The position numbers and the translations under genes are program-made. From assembly GCA_043814765.1 (NCBI GenBank), contig JBDRJQ010000029.1, positions 16,821-80,820 on the forward strand: a stretch of DNA of 64,000 nucleotides, written 5' to 3'. Positions 1 to 9,917 of the stretch are shown piece by piece. The stretch is from Nanobdellota archaeon. GTDB taxonomy: Archaea; Aenigmatarchaeota; Aenigmatarchaeia; QMZP01. The notes under the pieces are model-generated. The model was not told the DNA's origin. It was given only the letters and a program-made list of their open reading frames with translations, and did no database searches. The stretch's first letter is position 1, and each line of letters starts with the position of its first letter.

Positions 1-60
1 CTGTTTTCACACAGACTCTTCCAACTTCGTACATATTATCATCCTATGAACGTTTAACAT

Positions 61-336
61 TTAAACCTTTCCCTTAAAGACGTCTTGACTTACCCTTTTC
101 TTTGCGCAGGTTGCACAAAGGTTTCCGCCATAAGCTCTTGTTGGTCTTTTGACGCTCTTTGCGGCGTTCTTTATTTTTGCAATAGATCCACTATTCACTC
201 CCTTTAATGGCTTCTTGCATGTAGCGCATTTGGCGACAGAAGGATCCTTTCTTTTATAGTGTATTATATATCCTCCTCCTGGCAGTCTTTTCTTTATCTT
301 TTTTAGGAAAGTAGTTCTCAATCCTGGTCGTGGCAT
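61..336 (-). CDS. rpl34e: 50S ribosomal protein L34e (eL34)
   Basis: 91-aa ORF. It has the MPRPGLRT N-terminus, a basic composition and a CxxC...CxxC zinc-ribbon pattern typical of eL34. Confidence 0.9.
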   Translation of the reverse strand: MPRPGLRTTFLKKIKKRLPGGGYIIHYKRKDPSVAKCATCKKPLKGVNSGSIAKIKNAAKSVKRPTRAYGGNLCATCAKKRVSQDVFKGKV

Positions 337-434
337 ATAATCACTTGTCTCCTTTTTATTTATTATATAATTATTTTTTATTTGCTTTTAAGCTATTCTA
401 TGCGCTAAAGTATATGTCTTAGACTAAGATATGA

Positions 435-1634
435 CTAGAGGTTTAAAAAACTATCTATGCGGCTCTGAGATAGTATTTTGCTTATTTTTATGTAGTTGTT
501 TATAGATATCTTAAGTTTTGGTTTTACGTATTCCAAAGCTTCTTGCGAAGTGTTGAATTTTTTTGGTCTTTGTTTCATGGCATTCCTAACATTCTCTCTA
601 ACCTGCCAAACTCCTAAAGGAATATTATATCCTTCATGAATCTCTCTAAAAACTACCACCCTAGACTGCTTGCGCATTGAATCTAAGGCCTCAGTCACAG
701 CAATCCTTGCTGCATAATAGCCTCCAGCTTCACTCTCCGCGTACTTAGTTCTTCCTTTGAAGGATTCGTACTCTTGGAGTATACCCCAGTCCTTTTTTTG
801 ACCGTACCACTGAGAATCAGGCGTCCAAGCTTCAAAATTCTCATACTCCCAGTTTCCTGGACACATTAAAATTATGAAATGGTTGTCAAGAAAATATGAC
901 TCGTAAACCAGGTATTCGTTTAATTGAGGATACTCTCTTATTTTTTTCATCAGCTCTTTTGCTATTATATCATCAACAGCAGTAATGGAATAGCGTGTCG
1001 GCACTAATTTCTTGTTTTTTTCCATGCCCATGACTCCAGAGGAAAGTATTGTTGATACTTTGTAAACATCTTGACCAGTCTTATACAACCTGAAACTTGC
1101 TTCAGCAGCTTTCAAATCATCGCTTACTATGCAATCAACCTTCTTTGGTATCTTTGGATTCTCTGCTATCTTCATCTTTTCAATATCTCCGCTTGGACCC
1201 ATTGGCTGAACATACTGTGAAAAACTAATTCTGTAAAAAGGCTTTTTCTTGAATGACATCTCCACATCAGTGGTATTAGCCATTGCAAGATCTTGCATGT
1301 CACTAACAAACTTTGATTTAGAGAATATGTTCTGATCATTTTTTGATCTAATCAAACCTCCCCGAAGTTTTATTATTTCACCGTAATCCATTCCAAACCA
1401 ACTGCTGGGCTTGTCCATGATAGGATTCCTTTCCATGCCTATCATGGGTCCAACAAAGACGTTCGGATAACCGTAGCTTCCAACAAACACTGAGTATGTC
1501 GGACCAAAGACATCCTTTGTTAGCTTTAGGTCTTTTGGCTGAATCATATAGTTAGAAAGTATGTCACATCTTCTCTGTTCTGCTGGCGTATGAAATTTCT
1601 TGCATTTTTTACAGAACAACTTCTGAGAAATCAT
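435..1634 (-). CDS. NreA-like archaeal DNA repair protein (DUF650/DUF651-type)
   Basis: 399 aa. An N-terminal CxxC cluster is followed by FGPTYSVFVGSYGYPNVFVGP, which resembles the conserved NreA block. Assigned from motif memory only. Confidence 0.55.
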   Translation of the reverse strand: MISQKLFCKKCKKFHTPAEQRRCDILSNYMIQPKDLKLTKDVFGPTYSVFVGSYGYPNVFVGPMIGMERNPIMDKPSSWFGMDYGEIIKLRGGLIRSKNDQNIFSKSKFVSDMQDLAMANTTDVEMSFKKKPFYRISFSQYVQPMGPSGDIEKMKIAENPKIPKKVDCIVSDDLKAAEASFRLYKTGQDVYKVSTILSSGVMGMEKNKKLVPTRYSITAVDDIIAKELMKKIREYPQLNEYLVYESYFLDNHFIILMCPGNWEYENFEAWTPDSQWYGQKKDWGILQEYESFKGRTKYAESEAGGYYAARIAVTEALDSMRKQSRVVVFREIHEGYNIPLGVWQVRENVRNAMKQRPKKFNTSQEALEYVKPKLKISINNYIKISKILSQSRIDSFLNL

Positions 1635-1692
1635 ATTAGAATTTTAAATAAAGTATTTAAAAGAAAGTCTATAGTTAATAATAACTGTTGGT

Positions 1693-2382
1693 ATGTATAT
1701 GAGCGAAAAATGTCCCAGGTGCAGAGCAGAAACAAAGAAGGAATGGAATTACTGTCCTGAATGCGGTTATGTGTTCAGTAATCAAATAGGATTCAACATC
1801 TTTAGTGATAAGTTTTTTGATCAAATATTCACTAAAATGAGAAATCAAATGAAGGATATGGATAAAGTGTTCGATAAAGAATTTGAGGTTCGTGACTTAA
1901 CTCCACTTTTCAAAAATGCGCAAAAGAAGGGTTCTGGTTTTACAATAAAAATAGTTAGAGAAAACGATAGCAAGCCTAAAATCTCTATTAAACCTTTTGG
2001 AAACGTTAACAAGGAAGATATCACAAGAGAGATATCAGAGCATCTAAATGATCTGGGTATAGAACAACCAATTGCTAGTGAAATAACAAATGAGCCAAAA
2101 AAAGAGAAAAGCTTCTGGCCATTTGGAAGAGACAAATTTCCTAAAACAACAGAGGAGCCAAAAGCTGAAGTCGTTACAACACCTGTCAATGTTTCTGTTG
2201 ATGTGAAGCTGCCGGACGTAAAGGAAATCAAGGACATAGAAGTCAAAGATCTTGAAAATTCAATAGAAGTAAAGGCAGTGTCTGGTGACAAAGCATATTT
2301 CAAGATACTCACGAAACCCTCACAGTTCAGGCTGAAAAGCAAGACTTTTGAAAAAGGTGTGTTACATTTGGAGTTTGCATAA
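1693..2382 (+). CDS. Zinc-ribbon protein with Hsp20/alpha-crystallin-like C-terminal region
   Basis: N-terminal CPRC...CPEC zinc ribbon. The C-terminal beta-rich segment (IEVKAVSGDKAYFKILTKP...GVLHLEF) resembles the small-HSP fold. Confidence 0.4.
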   Translation: MYMSEKCPRCRAETKKEWNYCPECGYVFSNQIGFNIFSDKFFDQIFTKMRNQMKDMDKVFDKEFEVRDLTPLFKNAQKKGSGFTIKIVRENDSKPKISIKPFGNVNKEDITREISEHLNDLGIEQPIASEITNEPKKEKSFWPFGRDKFPKTTEEPKAEVVTTPVNVSVDVKLPDVKEIKDIEVKDLENSIEVKAVSGDKAYFKILTKPSQFRLKSKTFEKGVLHLEFA

Positions 2383-2407
2383 ATAAATAAAAGCACAATA
2401 ATAATAT

Positions 2408-3343
2408 ATGAAGTTTGTTAAAATAGCAATTGTTTTGTTTTTTGTGTTGTTTGTACCTGTAAATGTTCTGGCCCAGGATTATTCAGAAACAAATGACTGT
2501 TGCCTATTGGTGATAAGCTGTGTCGAGGAAGGTTTAACTACAGTCTTAGATTATATCTGCCTGCCAGACACCACTATTTTTGGGGTGGATGAGGAATTCA
2601 CCAGCGAATTTTCTTGCGAGTTTTTCAAAGGGGTGCTGGAGGAAAAAAAATCAATGGGCGAGAATTTCACCTTTGGCAACTGCGTCATACTCAGCATAGA
2701 AACTGTTAAATGCAATGAGGATGCATGCAAGATGTATGATGGTTGCTGCTATACCAATTCCGGTCATTTCTCTTCCACAGAGGAGCAGTGCAAAAAAATC
2801 TATGAAGGATTCAACGCCGAGTATGGCGGGTATGATTGGGAATGGGTTGCAAAACCCTGCAATTATGATTGCGAATACAAGGCTTGGTGTGATGGGTCAA
2901 AAATGATGAGGCTGAGTAGAGAAACAGGTTGCGAACCCGAAGAAGTTGCTGATTGCAAATTTTATAGCACAGGCAAAAACGGCGTTGTGCATGATAACCC
3001 GAGGTGTATAATAGATTATCTTGGCATTCCCACTTGTGTGTGCGATAATGCATGCTGGTGCGACACCGTTGATACTATTAATTTTCTTAAAACAGACTGC
3101 GTAATAGAATCTGTATATTGTTATCCGGATAGATGCCAAGACTGTGAGTGTGTACCCGGTCCAAGCAGTAAAGAAAGCATAATAGGAGATTCGAACGCAC
3201 CGTTAGGTATTGGCTGGGCAGCAGGACCGTTTGGTGCAGGATATAATGTCATTGTTATCAGCCTTTTGATTGTTATTGTAGTTGCATTGCTGAGCGGTGG
3301 TATCCTCTACAAAAAAACCAAAAGGAAGGGAAAGAGTTTCTGA
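2408..3343 (+). CDS. Cys-rich secreted protein with C-terminal membrane anchor (GCCY family)
   Basis: Signal peptide (VNVLA/QD) and more than 30 Cys. It has a GCCY...TEEQC motif shared with ORFs 42915 and 43655. The C-terminus is GPFGAGY, one TM helix and a KKTKRKGKSF tail. Confidence 0.75.
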   Translation: MKFVKIAIVLFFVLFVPVNVLAQDYSETNDCCLLVISCVEEGLTTVLDYICLPDTTIFGVDEEFTSEFSCEFFKGVLEEKKSMGENFTFGNCVILSIETVKCNEDACKMYDGCCYTNSGHFSSTEEQCKKIYEGFNAEYGGYDWEWVAKPCNYDCEYKAWCDGSKMMRLSRETGCEPEEVADCKFYSTGKNGVVHDNPRCIIDYLGIPTCVCDNACWCDTVDTINFLKTDCVIESVYCYPDRCQDCECVPGPSSKESIIGDSNAPLGIGWAAGPFGAGYNVIVISLLIVIVVALLSGGILYKKTKRKGKSF

Positions 3344-3358
3344 ATATCTAAACGGTAA

Positions 3359-3730
3359 TTACTTTGTACATTTCTCACAGTCGTGTAATGTTGTATACAT
3401 TGCTTTATGAGCTTCACAAAAAGCTCCATCTTGGCGAAGGGCACGACAGAAGTCGCAAAATTCTAGAGTAACATCATATTGATTATGATTGCCTGATGCT
3501 ACTTTCTCTGCGATAGCGTGTATCAATGCCGCGATTCTTGGATTGTTATCATAATTATCTGTTAATCCTCTTACGCCTTTCATGTATTGGGATATAGCAG
3601 GCTGTGTTATGCCCATCATATCAGCTGATTTTTTCTGTGTAAAACCAAAATCGTCCATTAACCTCTTAGCTACCATTGCCCTGAAGTTGGGCAAGAATTC
3701 CTTTACGATAATTTCACAAGGAGGTTTCAT
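3359..3730 (-). CDS. HTH (XRE-like) transcriptional regulator with C-terminal Cys cluster
   Basis: The segment FTQKKSADMMGITQPAISQYMKG is a helix-turn-helix. The C-terminal Cys pattern is CDFC...C...CEKC. Confidence 0.7.
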   Translation of the reverse strand: MKPPCEIIVKEFLPNFRAMVAKRLMDDFGFTQKKSADMMGITQPAISQYMKGVRGLTDNYDNNPRIAALIHAIAEKVASGNHNQYDVTLEFCDFCRALRQDGAFCEAHKAMYTTLHDCEKCTK

Positions 3731-3783
3731 GTTTTATAATGTGTAAGATAATTAATAAATAACACTGTTATTAGAGGTGTTTT

Positions 3784-4107
3784 ATGTCAGAAGGAGAATC
3801 TTTACTAATAAAGTCTAAGGACTATGAGATAAGTTTCATAAAACCATGCGCTACTACACGTAAAAAAATATTAGCAGAAGTAATGTTGAAACATGGTTTC
3901 AAACCAAGAGCTTTATGTGAGCTCATATCAAAATCGAAAATAGCTAAATACGCTAAATGCTCTGAGGATCTTGGTGTTGCAAGGATTGAATGGGAAGGCA
4001 AAACCATTATTGTGTTCGCTTCTGGAGAGGTCAGCATACGAAGGGCTGATGATAAAAAAGACGCCATAAAGACTGCTAATTTTATAAAGGATATACTACT
4101 AGGTTAA
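3784..4107 (+). CDS. Hypothetical protein
   Basis: 107-aa ORF, divergent from the HTH regulator gene. The antisense ORF looks low-complexity. No family recognised. Confidence 0.5.
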   Translation: MSEGESLLIKSKDYEISFIKPCATTRKKILAEVMLKHGFKPRALCELISKSKIAKYAKCSEDLGVARIEWEGKTIIVFASGEVSIRRADDKKDAIKTANFIKDILLG

Positions 4108-4152
4108 AAGTACACACATTGATAAAGATACAACATAAGCGAGGAATTAGAA

Positions 4153-4860
4153 ATGAAAAATGGAGACTTCATAAAAATGGATTTTGTAGGCAGGCTCGTA
4201 GCAACAGGCGAAATATTCGATTCTACATCAGAAGAGCAGGCTAAAAAGGATGGCGTTCACGATCCAAAACAAAAATACGGACCTATTCTCATAATAATCG
4301 GAGCCAGTATGACGGTTCCTGGGGTCGAAAAACATCTCATGGAAATGAGGGTTGGAGAAGAGCGGGAGTTTGATGTAAAACCTAGCGAAGCATTTGGTCA
4401 GCGAAGCCCAGAATTAATGAGGGTATTGCCAATAAACAAATTTATCAAGGAAAAGATTAATCCTGTTCCTGGAATGTTTGTTACAATAGACCATAGGCAG
4501 GCAAAAATACAGTCAGTGTCTGGTGGTAGGATTAGGGTTGATTTTAATCATCCATTAGCTAGCAGAGAACTGCACTATAAGATTAAGATTACAGAGCTTA
4601 TAGAAAACCCACTGGAGAAAGCAAAAACTATAGCAGATTATTTCGCAATAAAATGTGAAGCAGAACTAAAAGAAGACGCACTAACCATAAAAACAGAGAA
4701 AAAGGCACCTGCTATTGTAGAAAAATTGTTAGGTGACTGGATAAAAAAATACATAACCGATATCAAGAGTATTGCTTTTGTCTCTAAAGAGGGGTCCAAG
4801 ACAAAACCTACTGAAAAAAAAGAAATTTCCACCGGAAAAAATCCTGATACAAAGCCTTAA
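4153..4860 (+). CDS. FKBP-type peptidyl-prolyl cis-trans isomerase (long archaeal/SlyD-like type)
   Basis: The pattern MKNGDFIKMDFVGRL..GEIFDST....HPLA is typical of archaeal FKBP. The SD-like sequence GAGGAA lies upstream. Confidence 0.85.
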   Translation: MKNGDFIKMDFVGRLVATGEIFDSTSEEQAKKDGVHDPKQKYGPILIIIGASMTVPGVEKHLMEMRVGEEREFDVKPSEAFGQRSPELMRVLPINKFIKEKINPVPGMFVTIDHRQAKIQSVSGGRIRVDFNHPLASRELHYKIKITELIENPLEKAKTIADYFAIKCEAELKEDALTIKTEKKAPAIVEKLLGDWIKKYITDIKSIAFVSKEGSKTKPTEKKEISTGKNPDTKP

Positions 4861-4961
4861 AAAACTTACTTCTATTACATAACTTAGAGCAGTTTACATG
4901 ATATAACAAAACTTGCTCTTGTATGCTGTTATCAAATTATTTAGTGATAGGAGGAATTGTT

Positions 4962-6095
4962 ATGTATGGTGCAACAGGAGGGGGATATTCATCGCAAGAC
5001 GTTGTAAGCAAAGTTCTTGAGAGAGATAATATTGAAGCTAGAAAAAATGTTGAAGCTGATGAGCAATTGAGAAAGATTCTTGAGTCTCGTAAAGCCGAGA
5101 TTAAGGTTGTTGGTGTCGGAGGAGCCGGTGGTAACACAATATCCAGGCTAATGGAAGTTGGCATTGTTGGCGCTGAAACCGTTGCCATTAACACAGACGC
5201 ACAGGACCTGTTATACACAGATGCTGACAGAAAAGTTTTAATCGGTAAAGAAATAACAGGCGGGCTTGGTGCTGGTGCTGATCCAAAAATCGGACTAGAG
5301 GCTGCAAAAGAATCAAAGGATGAAATAAAGAAGGCTTTGGAAGGAGCTGACATGGTTTTTGTCAACTGCGGACTTGGCGGAGGAACTGGTACAGGATCCA
5401 GTCCTGTGGTCGCTGATATTGCAAAGAAGCTCGGAGCTTTAACAGTAGGTATTGTTACAATCCCCTTTACAATGGAAGGTCATCAAAGAAAGAAAAACGC
5501 TATGGAAGGTTTAGAAGCCCTTGAATCTGTTGTAGATACCCTCATAGTAATTCCAAACGACAAGTTGCTGGAAATCGTGCCTGATGTATCTGTTATAACA
5601 GCGTTTAAGGTTGCAGATGAGATACTTGTTAACGCTGTAAAAGGTATAGCAGAGTTAATTACAAAACCTGGACTAGTGAACTTGGATTTTGCAGACATCA
5701 GAGCTGTCATGGGATCTGGCGGACTGGCAATGATTGGCATGGGAGAGTCTGACACAGAGAACAGGGCAATAGAGTCTGTTGAGAAGGCACTAAACAATCC
5801 GCTTCTTGATGTGGACATAGAGGATTCTGTAGGAGCATTAATTAATGTCTCTGGAGGATCTGATGTAACAATCAGAGAGTGCCAGGAAATAGTGGAGAGT
5901 GTTTCTTCAAAAATCAACCCAGACGCCAAGATAATCTGGGGAGCACAGATAATCAAAGAGCTTGGTGACACAATAAGATCAATGCTGATTGTCACTGGAG
6001 TTCGATCATCCCAGATATACGGTGCAGAAAAAACCTATACAGAAACAAGGCAGAAAGAGATTGAAAAAGTCTTAGGCGTTGACTTTGTGGGTTAA
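4962..6095 (+). CDS. ftsZ: Cell division protein FtsZ
   Basis: [19 protein letters not shown] and the [13 protein letters not shown] tubulin signature are present. The start was chosen at the ATG preceded by TAGGAGG. The ORF is open from 4923. Confidence 0.95.
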   Translation: MYGATGGGYSSQDVVSKVLERDNIEARKNVEADEQLRKILESRKAEIKVVGVGGAGGNTISRLMEVGIVGAETVAINTDAQDLLYTDADRKVLIGKEITGGLGAGADPKIGLEAAKESKDEIKKALEGADMVFVNCGLGGGTGTGSSPVVADIAKKLGALTVGIVTIPFTMEGHQRKKNAMEGLEALESVVDTLIVIPNDKLLEIVPDVSVITAFKVADEILVNAVKGIAELITKPGLVNLDFADIRAVMGSGGLAMIGMGESDTENRAIESVEKALNNPLLDVDIEDSVGALINVSGGSDVTIRECQEIVESVSSKINPDAKIIWGAQIIKELGDTIRSMLIVTGVRSSQIYGAEKTYTETRQKEIEKVLGVDFVG

Positions 6096-6134
6096 ACACC
6101 CACAAACATTTTATTTTCTTTTGGTTTTGTCAAC

Positions 6135-7250
6135 TTAATGAGACTTAACTCCATCATAATCTATTGTAGCATCGACCAGATAGAAGCCCGCTTCCTTCCA
6201 GGTATTTTTGACTTTTTCTGCGGATTCATTGTTGAAGCAAACAGCTATGCCACAATCTCCGCCACCTGCGCCTGATAGCTTTCCAGCAGCACCAGCCTCA
6301 TTTGCTAGTTCGCTCAACTGTTTCAGTTCAGGCGTTTCTATGTTGACACCTGAAGCTTGGCCAAGTTCTCTAAGATAATCTTCATTCTTTCTAAGAAGTT
6401 GTAGTATTGCTTCTTTATTTTTGTCTTTCCATTGAGGTATAAGCTCTCGAACAAGGTCTGCTATTTGTCCATAAATTCTGTTATAATCCTCTTTATGATC
6501 CGCAGCCCAGACATTCAACTGCTTCACCATTGCAGATGTGGAAGCTGATTCTTTTGTCCAGCCTATAACAAGCTTGAAGCCTTCTGGTATTTCCAGAGGC
6601 TCTGCTTTGAACCCTTTCCATTCGGCCCCAATAGCCTCGTTTATTGTTTTGCCGGATTCCATGAACTCAATAAGCCATTTTGGATCAAATCTTTGATAAT
6701 GAAAGACTCCACCATATGTGGATGCTGCGACATCAAAAGCAGAACCAACTTTGCCCTGAGTAAAATAATGGGCGAGTGCAGCAAGCTTGTATATTTTATC
6801 CTTGGCTTCTTTGCTTTCAATATCATGACTATGAAGTTTTAGCAATGCAGATGTTATTGCTACAACAGATGCTGCAGAGGAACCAAAACCTATTTTCTTT
6901 GTCTCTCCATTTTCTAAAGTAATTTGTGACAATTCGCCCCAGGATCTCATTTTGAATGTTTTCCATTCACCGATGTATTTCAAAACAGTTTCTATTGTTC
7001 TTTTTGTAAACATCAATCCTTGCACCTCTTCTTTTGTGGGTTCTTGTCTCCATTTAAGTTCAGTTCCATCAAAATCAGCCTTGAAATCTTTGATTCCAAA
7101 ATCATCTATTGTTATAGTTATTTCATCAGCTGGCTCAATTTCCACATGAACCCTTTTATTAACAGCTAGGACAAGTCCTGGATTGCCCACTTCAAGTATT
7201 GCCCATTCTCCGCTCAAAAACTGTTTTCCTGGTGCACTAACATGAATCAT
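6135..7250 (-). CDS. mvaK2: Phosphomevalonate kinase, bacterial/ERG8 (GHMP) type
   Basis: APGKQFLSGEWAILE, GFGSSAASVVA, GWTKESASTS and SGAGGGDCGIAV match blocks of streptococcal-type PMK. Confidence 0.85.
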   Translation of the reverse strand: MIHVSAPGKQFLSGEWAILEVGNPGLVLAVNKRVHVEIEPADEITITIDDFGIKDFKADFDGTELKWRQEPTKEEVQGLMFTKRTIETVLKYIGEWKTFKMRSWGELSQITLENGETKKIGFGSSAASVVAITSALLKLHSHDIESKEAKDKIYKLAALAHYFTQGKVGSAFDVAASTYGGVFHYQRFDPKWLIEFMESGKTINEAIGAEWKGFKAEPLEIPEGFKLVIGWTKESASTSAMVKQLNVWAADHKEDYNRIYGQIADLVRELIPQWKDKNKEAILQLLRKNEDYLRELGQASGVNIETPELKQLSELANEAGAAGKLSGAGGGDCGIAVCFNNESAEKVKNTWKEAGFYLVDATIDYDGVKSH

Positions 7251-7259
7251 TTATTCACC

Positions 7260-8195
7260 TCAAATACCCATCCTCGTCTTTAATGTTTCAAAACCTTCTC
7301 TCTCTATGGCTTCTGCAACTCTGTCCTGTAGCTCTGTTCCTGGTGTAAGGATTACAAGGCTTCCTCCACGGCATGTTCCTGTGAGCTTTGCTCCTAATGC
7401 GCCTTTTTCTTTTGCTACTTTTATTATCTGTTCAGCTTCTGGACAAGATAATGTCATTTCCCTCAGAAGCTCCTGATTTTTATTCATAAGCATTCCAAAC
7501 TGATTCAAGTCAAAGTTTTCCAGCGCATGTTTAGCTTCTTGGAACACATTTTCATAGTCAGAAAATATCCTTCCAAACTTTTCAGGATATTGTTCCCTTT
7601 TGCTACGAATGTTTGCAACAACTTCTTTTGTGTCCTGGGTTATGCCTGTGTTTGCCAACACAATCTCGAAAGGTTCTCTTGCCTTCATTTTTTCAATTGC
7701 ATTCGGACCGCCTTCTAGGTTCTTCTTAAATATAAGAAGACCACCATATGTTGCTGCGGTGTTGTCTATTCCAGAAGGAGTTCCTGCTGAACCCTTCTCG
7801 CCTTCGTAGGATATCTCATTTATCTTGTCGTCGTCTAGGTTTAGGTTGAAATGTTCAGAAAGTGCTCTTCCAACAGCAGTTGCCATTGCAGCGCTTGCTC
7901 CTCTGCCACCGACGCATTTCAGGTTGCCCTCAAGGGTTATTTTCAGCGGAGTCTTTTCAACATCAATATTCATGAATTTCAGAATAAGCTCCATAGCCCT
8001 GTCCTGCTCTCCTTTTTTCTTTTCTTTGTAACCTTCTGTTGCAGGCCTGTTATCAATCATCGTTAAACCACTTCCAGGTTCGCCTGGTTCTACCCTTGCA
8101 GTGGTATAAGAGTCCAGAGCAGCAACTATTCCCGGAAGCCCATAGACCACAAAATGCTCTCCAAACATGATAACTTTAGCATAACCCATGTTCAC
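7260..8195 (-). CDS. mvk: Mevalonate kinase
   Basis: KVIMFGEHFVVYG N-terminus, a GHMP motif (GRGASAAMATA) and C-terminal KLTGTCRGGS. Confidence 0.9.
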   Translation of the reverse strand: MNMGYAKVIMFGEHFVVYGLPGIVAALDSYTTARVEPGEPGSGLTMIDNRPATEGYKEKKKGEQDRAMELILKFMNIDVEKTPLKITLEGNLKCVGGRGASAAMATAVGRALSEHFNLNLDDDKINEISYEGEKGSAGTPSGIDNTAATYGGLLIFKKNLEGGPNAIEKMKAREPFEIVLANTGITQDTKEVVANIRSKREQYPEKFGRIFSDYENVFQEAKHALENFDLNQFGMLMNKNQELLREMTLSCPEAEQIIKVAKEKGALGAKLTGTCRGGSLVILTPGTELQDRVAEAIEREGFETLKTRMGI

Positions 8196-8255
8196 ACAAT
8201 CACCCCTAAATTGTTCTAATTACCTTGAAAGTTAGAAAAAAGATTTAAAAAGTTA

Positions 8256-8426
8256 TCATAAACCAACTGTTTTGGCGTATTCTCCAATTGTTTTTGTCAT
8301 GCCTTCTGTATTTCGGATAACGATAACTCTTCCGTCTTCATCAGCTTTTTCGAAATCATGAGTAACAGATGTTACATCTCTTTTCTCTTCTTTAGCGATT
8401 TTTTCTATTTCCTTAATCGGCAGCAT
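8256..8426 (-). CDS. Small hypothetical ORF (56 aa) between the Nudix and MVK genes
   Basis: Hand-translated as MLPIKEIEKIAKEEKRDVTSVTHDFEKADEDGRVIVIRNTEGMTKTIGEYAKTVGL. AAAGGAG lies upstream and the ORF overlaps the Nudix stop by 14 nt. It fills an otherwise empty co-directional gap. It is below the length cutoff of the ORF track. Confidence 0.3.
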   Translation of the reverse strand: MLPIKEIEKIAKEEKRDVTSVTHDFEKADEDGRVIVIRNTEGMTKTIGEYAKTVGL

Positions 8427-8847
8427 TTTCCATCTCCTTTAATTTATTTACAGCTGTTTTAGAATATATGGTCAGCTCTACTCTCTTCGTCTCTTCAAGG
8501 GTAAACCACCCAGAATCTGAGGATTCATTATTAATTTTAACTTCCTTTGGGTCTCCCTTTATCTTTGCCATGAAACAGTGCGCACGATGAATGTGTTCAG
8601 GAAGATTGTCATGCGGTCCAGCTTGATGCTCAAAAACAAAAAACGGGTCATATTCATCCAGTTCTATTTCCACACCAACCTCTTCGCTGGCTTCTCTTTT
8701 GATACATTCTTGTATTGTTTCACCTGGGTCCAGATGTCCGCCAGGAAAACACCATTTTCCTTTTTCAGGCTCTATTGCTCTTCTGACTAGGAGAAACTTT
8801 CCATTGTTTTCTATAACAACCAAAGCGGTTTTATGATATTCATCCAT
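8413..8847 (-). CDS. Nudix hydrolase
   Basis: Canonical Nudix box GGHLDPGETIQECIKREASEEVGV. Confidence 0.85.
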   Translation of the reverse strand: MDEYHKTALVVIENNGKFLLVRRAIEPEKGKWCFPGGHLDPGETIQECIKREASEEVGVEIELDEYDPFFVFEHQAGPHDNLPEHIHRAHCFMAKIKGDPKEVKINNESSDSGWFTLEETKRVELTIYSKTAVNKLKEMENAAD

Positions 8848-8870
8848 AAAAATAAGATAAGAAAAGCATC

Positions 8871-9863
8871 TTAAAATAGATGCTCATTTATAATCTTTGC
8901 AGCGTCGCCTGGCTTGCAAATTATTGCTTCTTTGACGCCTGGAAGCTGTTCAAGGCGGGTTTTTAATTCATCCGCATCCTTGGCCATGCACATGACCTTT
9001 ACATTGGGTCCTGCATCCATTGTGAAGTAGGATTCCAGGTCCTCTTCTCTCCAATCCTGAATCGCATGTAGAATTGACATTGTGGCAGGATTCCAGTATA
9101 TGATAGGAGGTTTTGTTGTTATCATTGTTGCATGCATCTTCAGTGAGTTATGTTCGGCTGTCTGACCAACTGTGGTGAAATCTTTGCTCTTGATTGCTTT
9201 TCTCATTACATTTATGTCATCTCCGACAGTAGCAAGCCACTTGTCATAATACGGACATGTGGCGATTGTCTGTGCCATGCCTGCCCTGCTCTTGACTTTC
9301 TTTTCTTCTGTGCTAACAATTGTTGTAATCATTCTGAAGTCCCAGTAGTCTTTAGGGGCTATCTGTTCACCAAAGCTGTCTGTTCCATCTTCCTTTTCGC
9401 CGCGGTGCCATTCTACAAAACCGCCTTCTATTGAACGTGTCGCGGAGCCGGAGCCTCTTCTCGAAAGAATTGAAAGTTCCTTGTTGTCAAGATTCAAGCC
9501 AACGGCCTTTGAAGCAGCAAGGCTCAGTGCAGCAAAACCAGAAGCTGAAGAAGCCAGGCCAGCTGCTGTTGGAAAGTTGTTCTTGGAAACGACCTTTGCT
9601 TTTTCATTAATTCCGGCCATCTCTCTAACAATACCCAAATGATCAGAAACCTTTTTTATTTCGCTTTCATCAGTAACTTCTTGATCATTGATTACAACAA
9701 TATCTTTTTCATAATTTAGACTGAATTCAACAGTGGTTGTTGTATTTAATCCCTCCAAAGTCATCGAAATGCTACCATTTTGTGGGAGCATTAGTTTACT
9801 ATCACGCTTTCCCCAGTATTTGGTTAAAGCGATGTTAGCATTTGCAACTGCAGTCGCCTTCAT
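8871..9863 (-). CDS. mvaD: Diphosphomevalonate decarboxylase
   Basis: NIALTKYWGKRD, GLASSASGFAAL and SGSATRS are MDD-family motifs. It is co-directional with the MVK and PMK genes. Confidence 0.9.
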   Translation of the reverse strand: MKATAVANANIALTKYWGKRDSKLMLPQNGSISMTLEGLNTTTTVEFSLNYEKDIVVINDQEVTDESEIKKVSDHLGIVREMAGINEKAKVVSKNNFPTAAGLASSASGFAALSLAASKAVGLNLDNKELSILSRRGSGSATRSIEGGFVEWHRGEKEDGTDSFGEQIAPKDYWDFRMITTIVSTEEKKVKSRAGMAQTIATCPYYDKWLATVGDDINVMRKAIKSKDFTTVGQTAEHNSLKMHATMITTKPPIIYWNPATMSILHAIQDWREEDLESYFTMDAGPNVKVMCMAKDADELKTRLEQLPGVKEAIICKPGDAAKIINEHLF

Positions 9864-9917
9864 GAAATCACCTCTAAGTTGAATAATATAGATTTACAAG
9901 AAAGGTTTATAAATGAG

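Noticed and set aside
4937-5995. Minus-strand ORFs 4937-5365 and 5483-5995 antisense to ftsZ
   Set aside because: They are shadow ORFs with Ser/Pro/Ala-rich composition. The plus strand encodes a textbook FtsZ.
8413-8847. The Nudix gene in the mevalonate cluster as a type-1 IPP isomerase
   Set aside because: It has the complete canonical Nudix hydrolase box (GX5EX7REUXEEXGU). It lacks the Cys/Glu catalytic motifs of IDI-1, so I called it a hydrolase.
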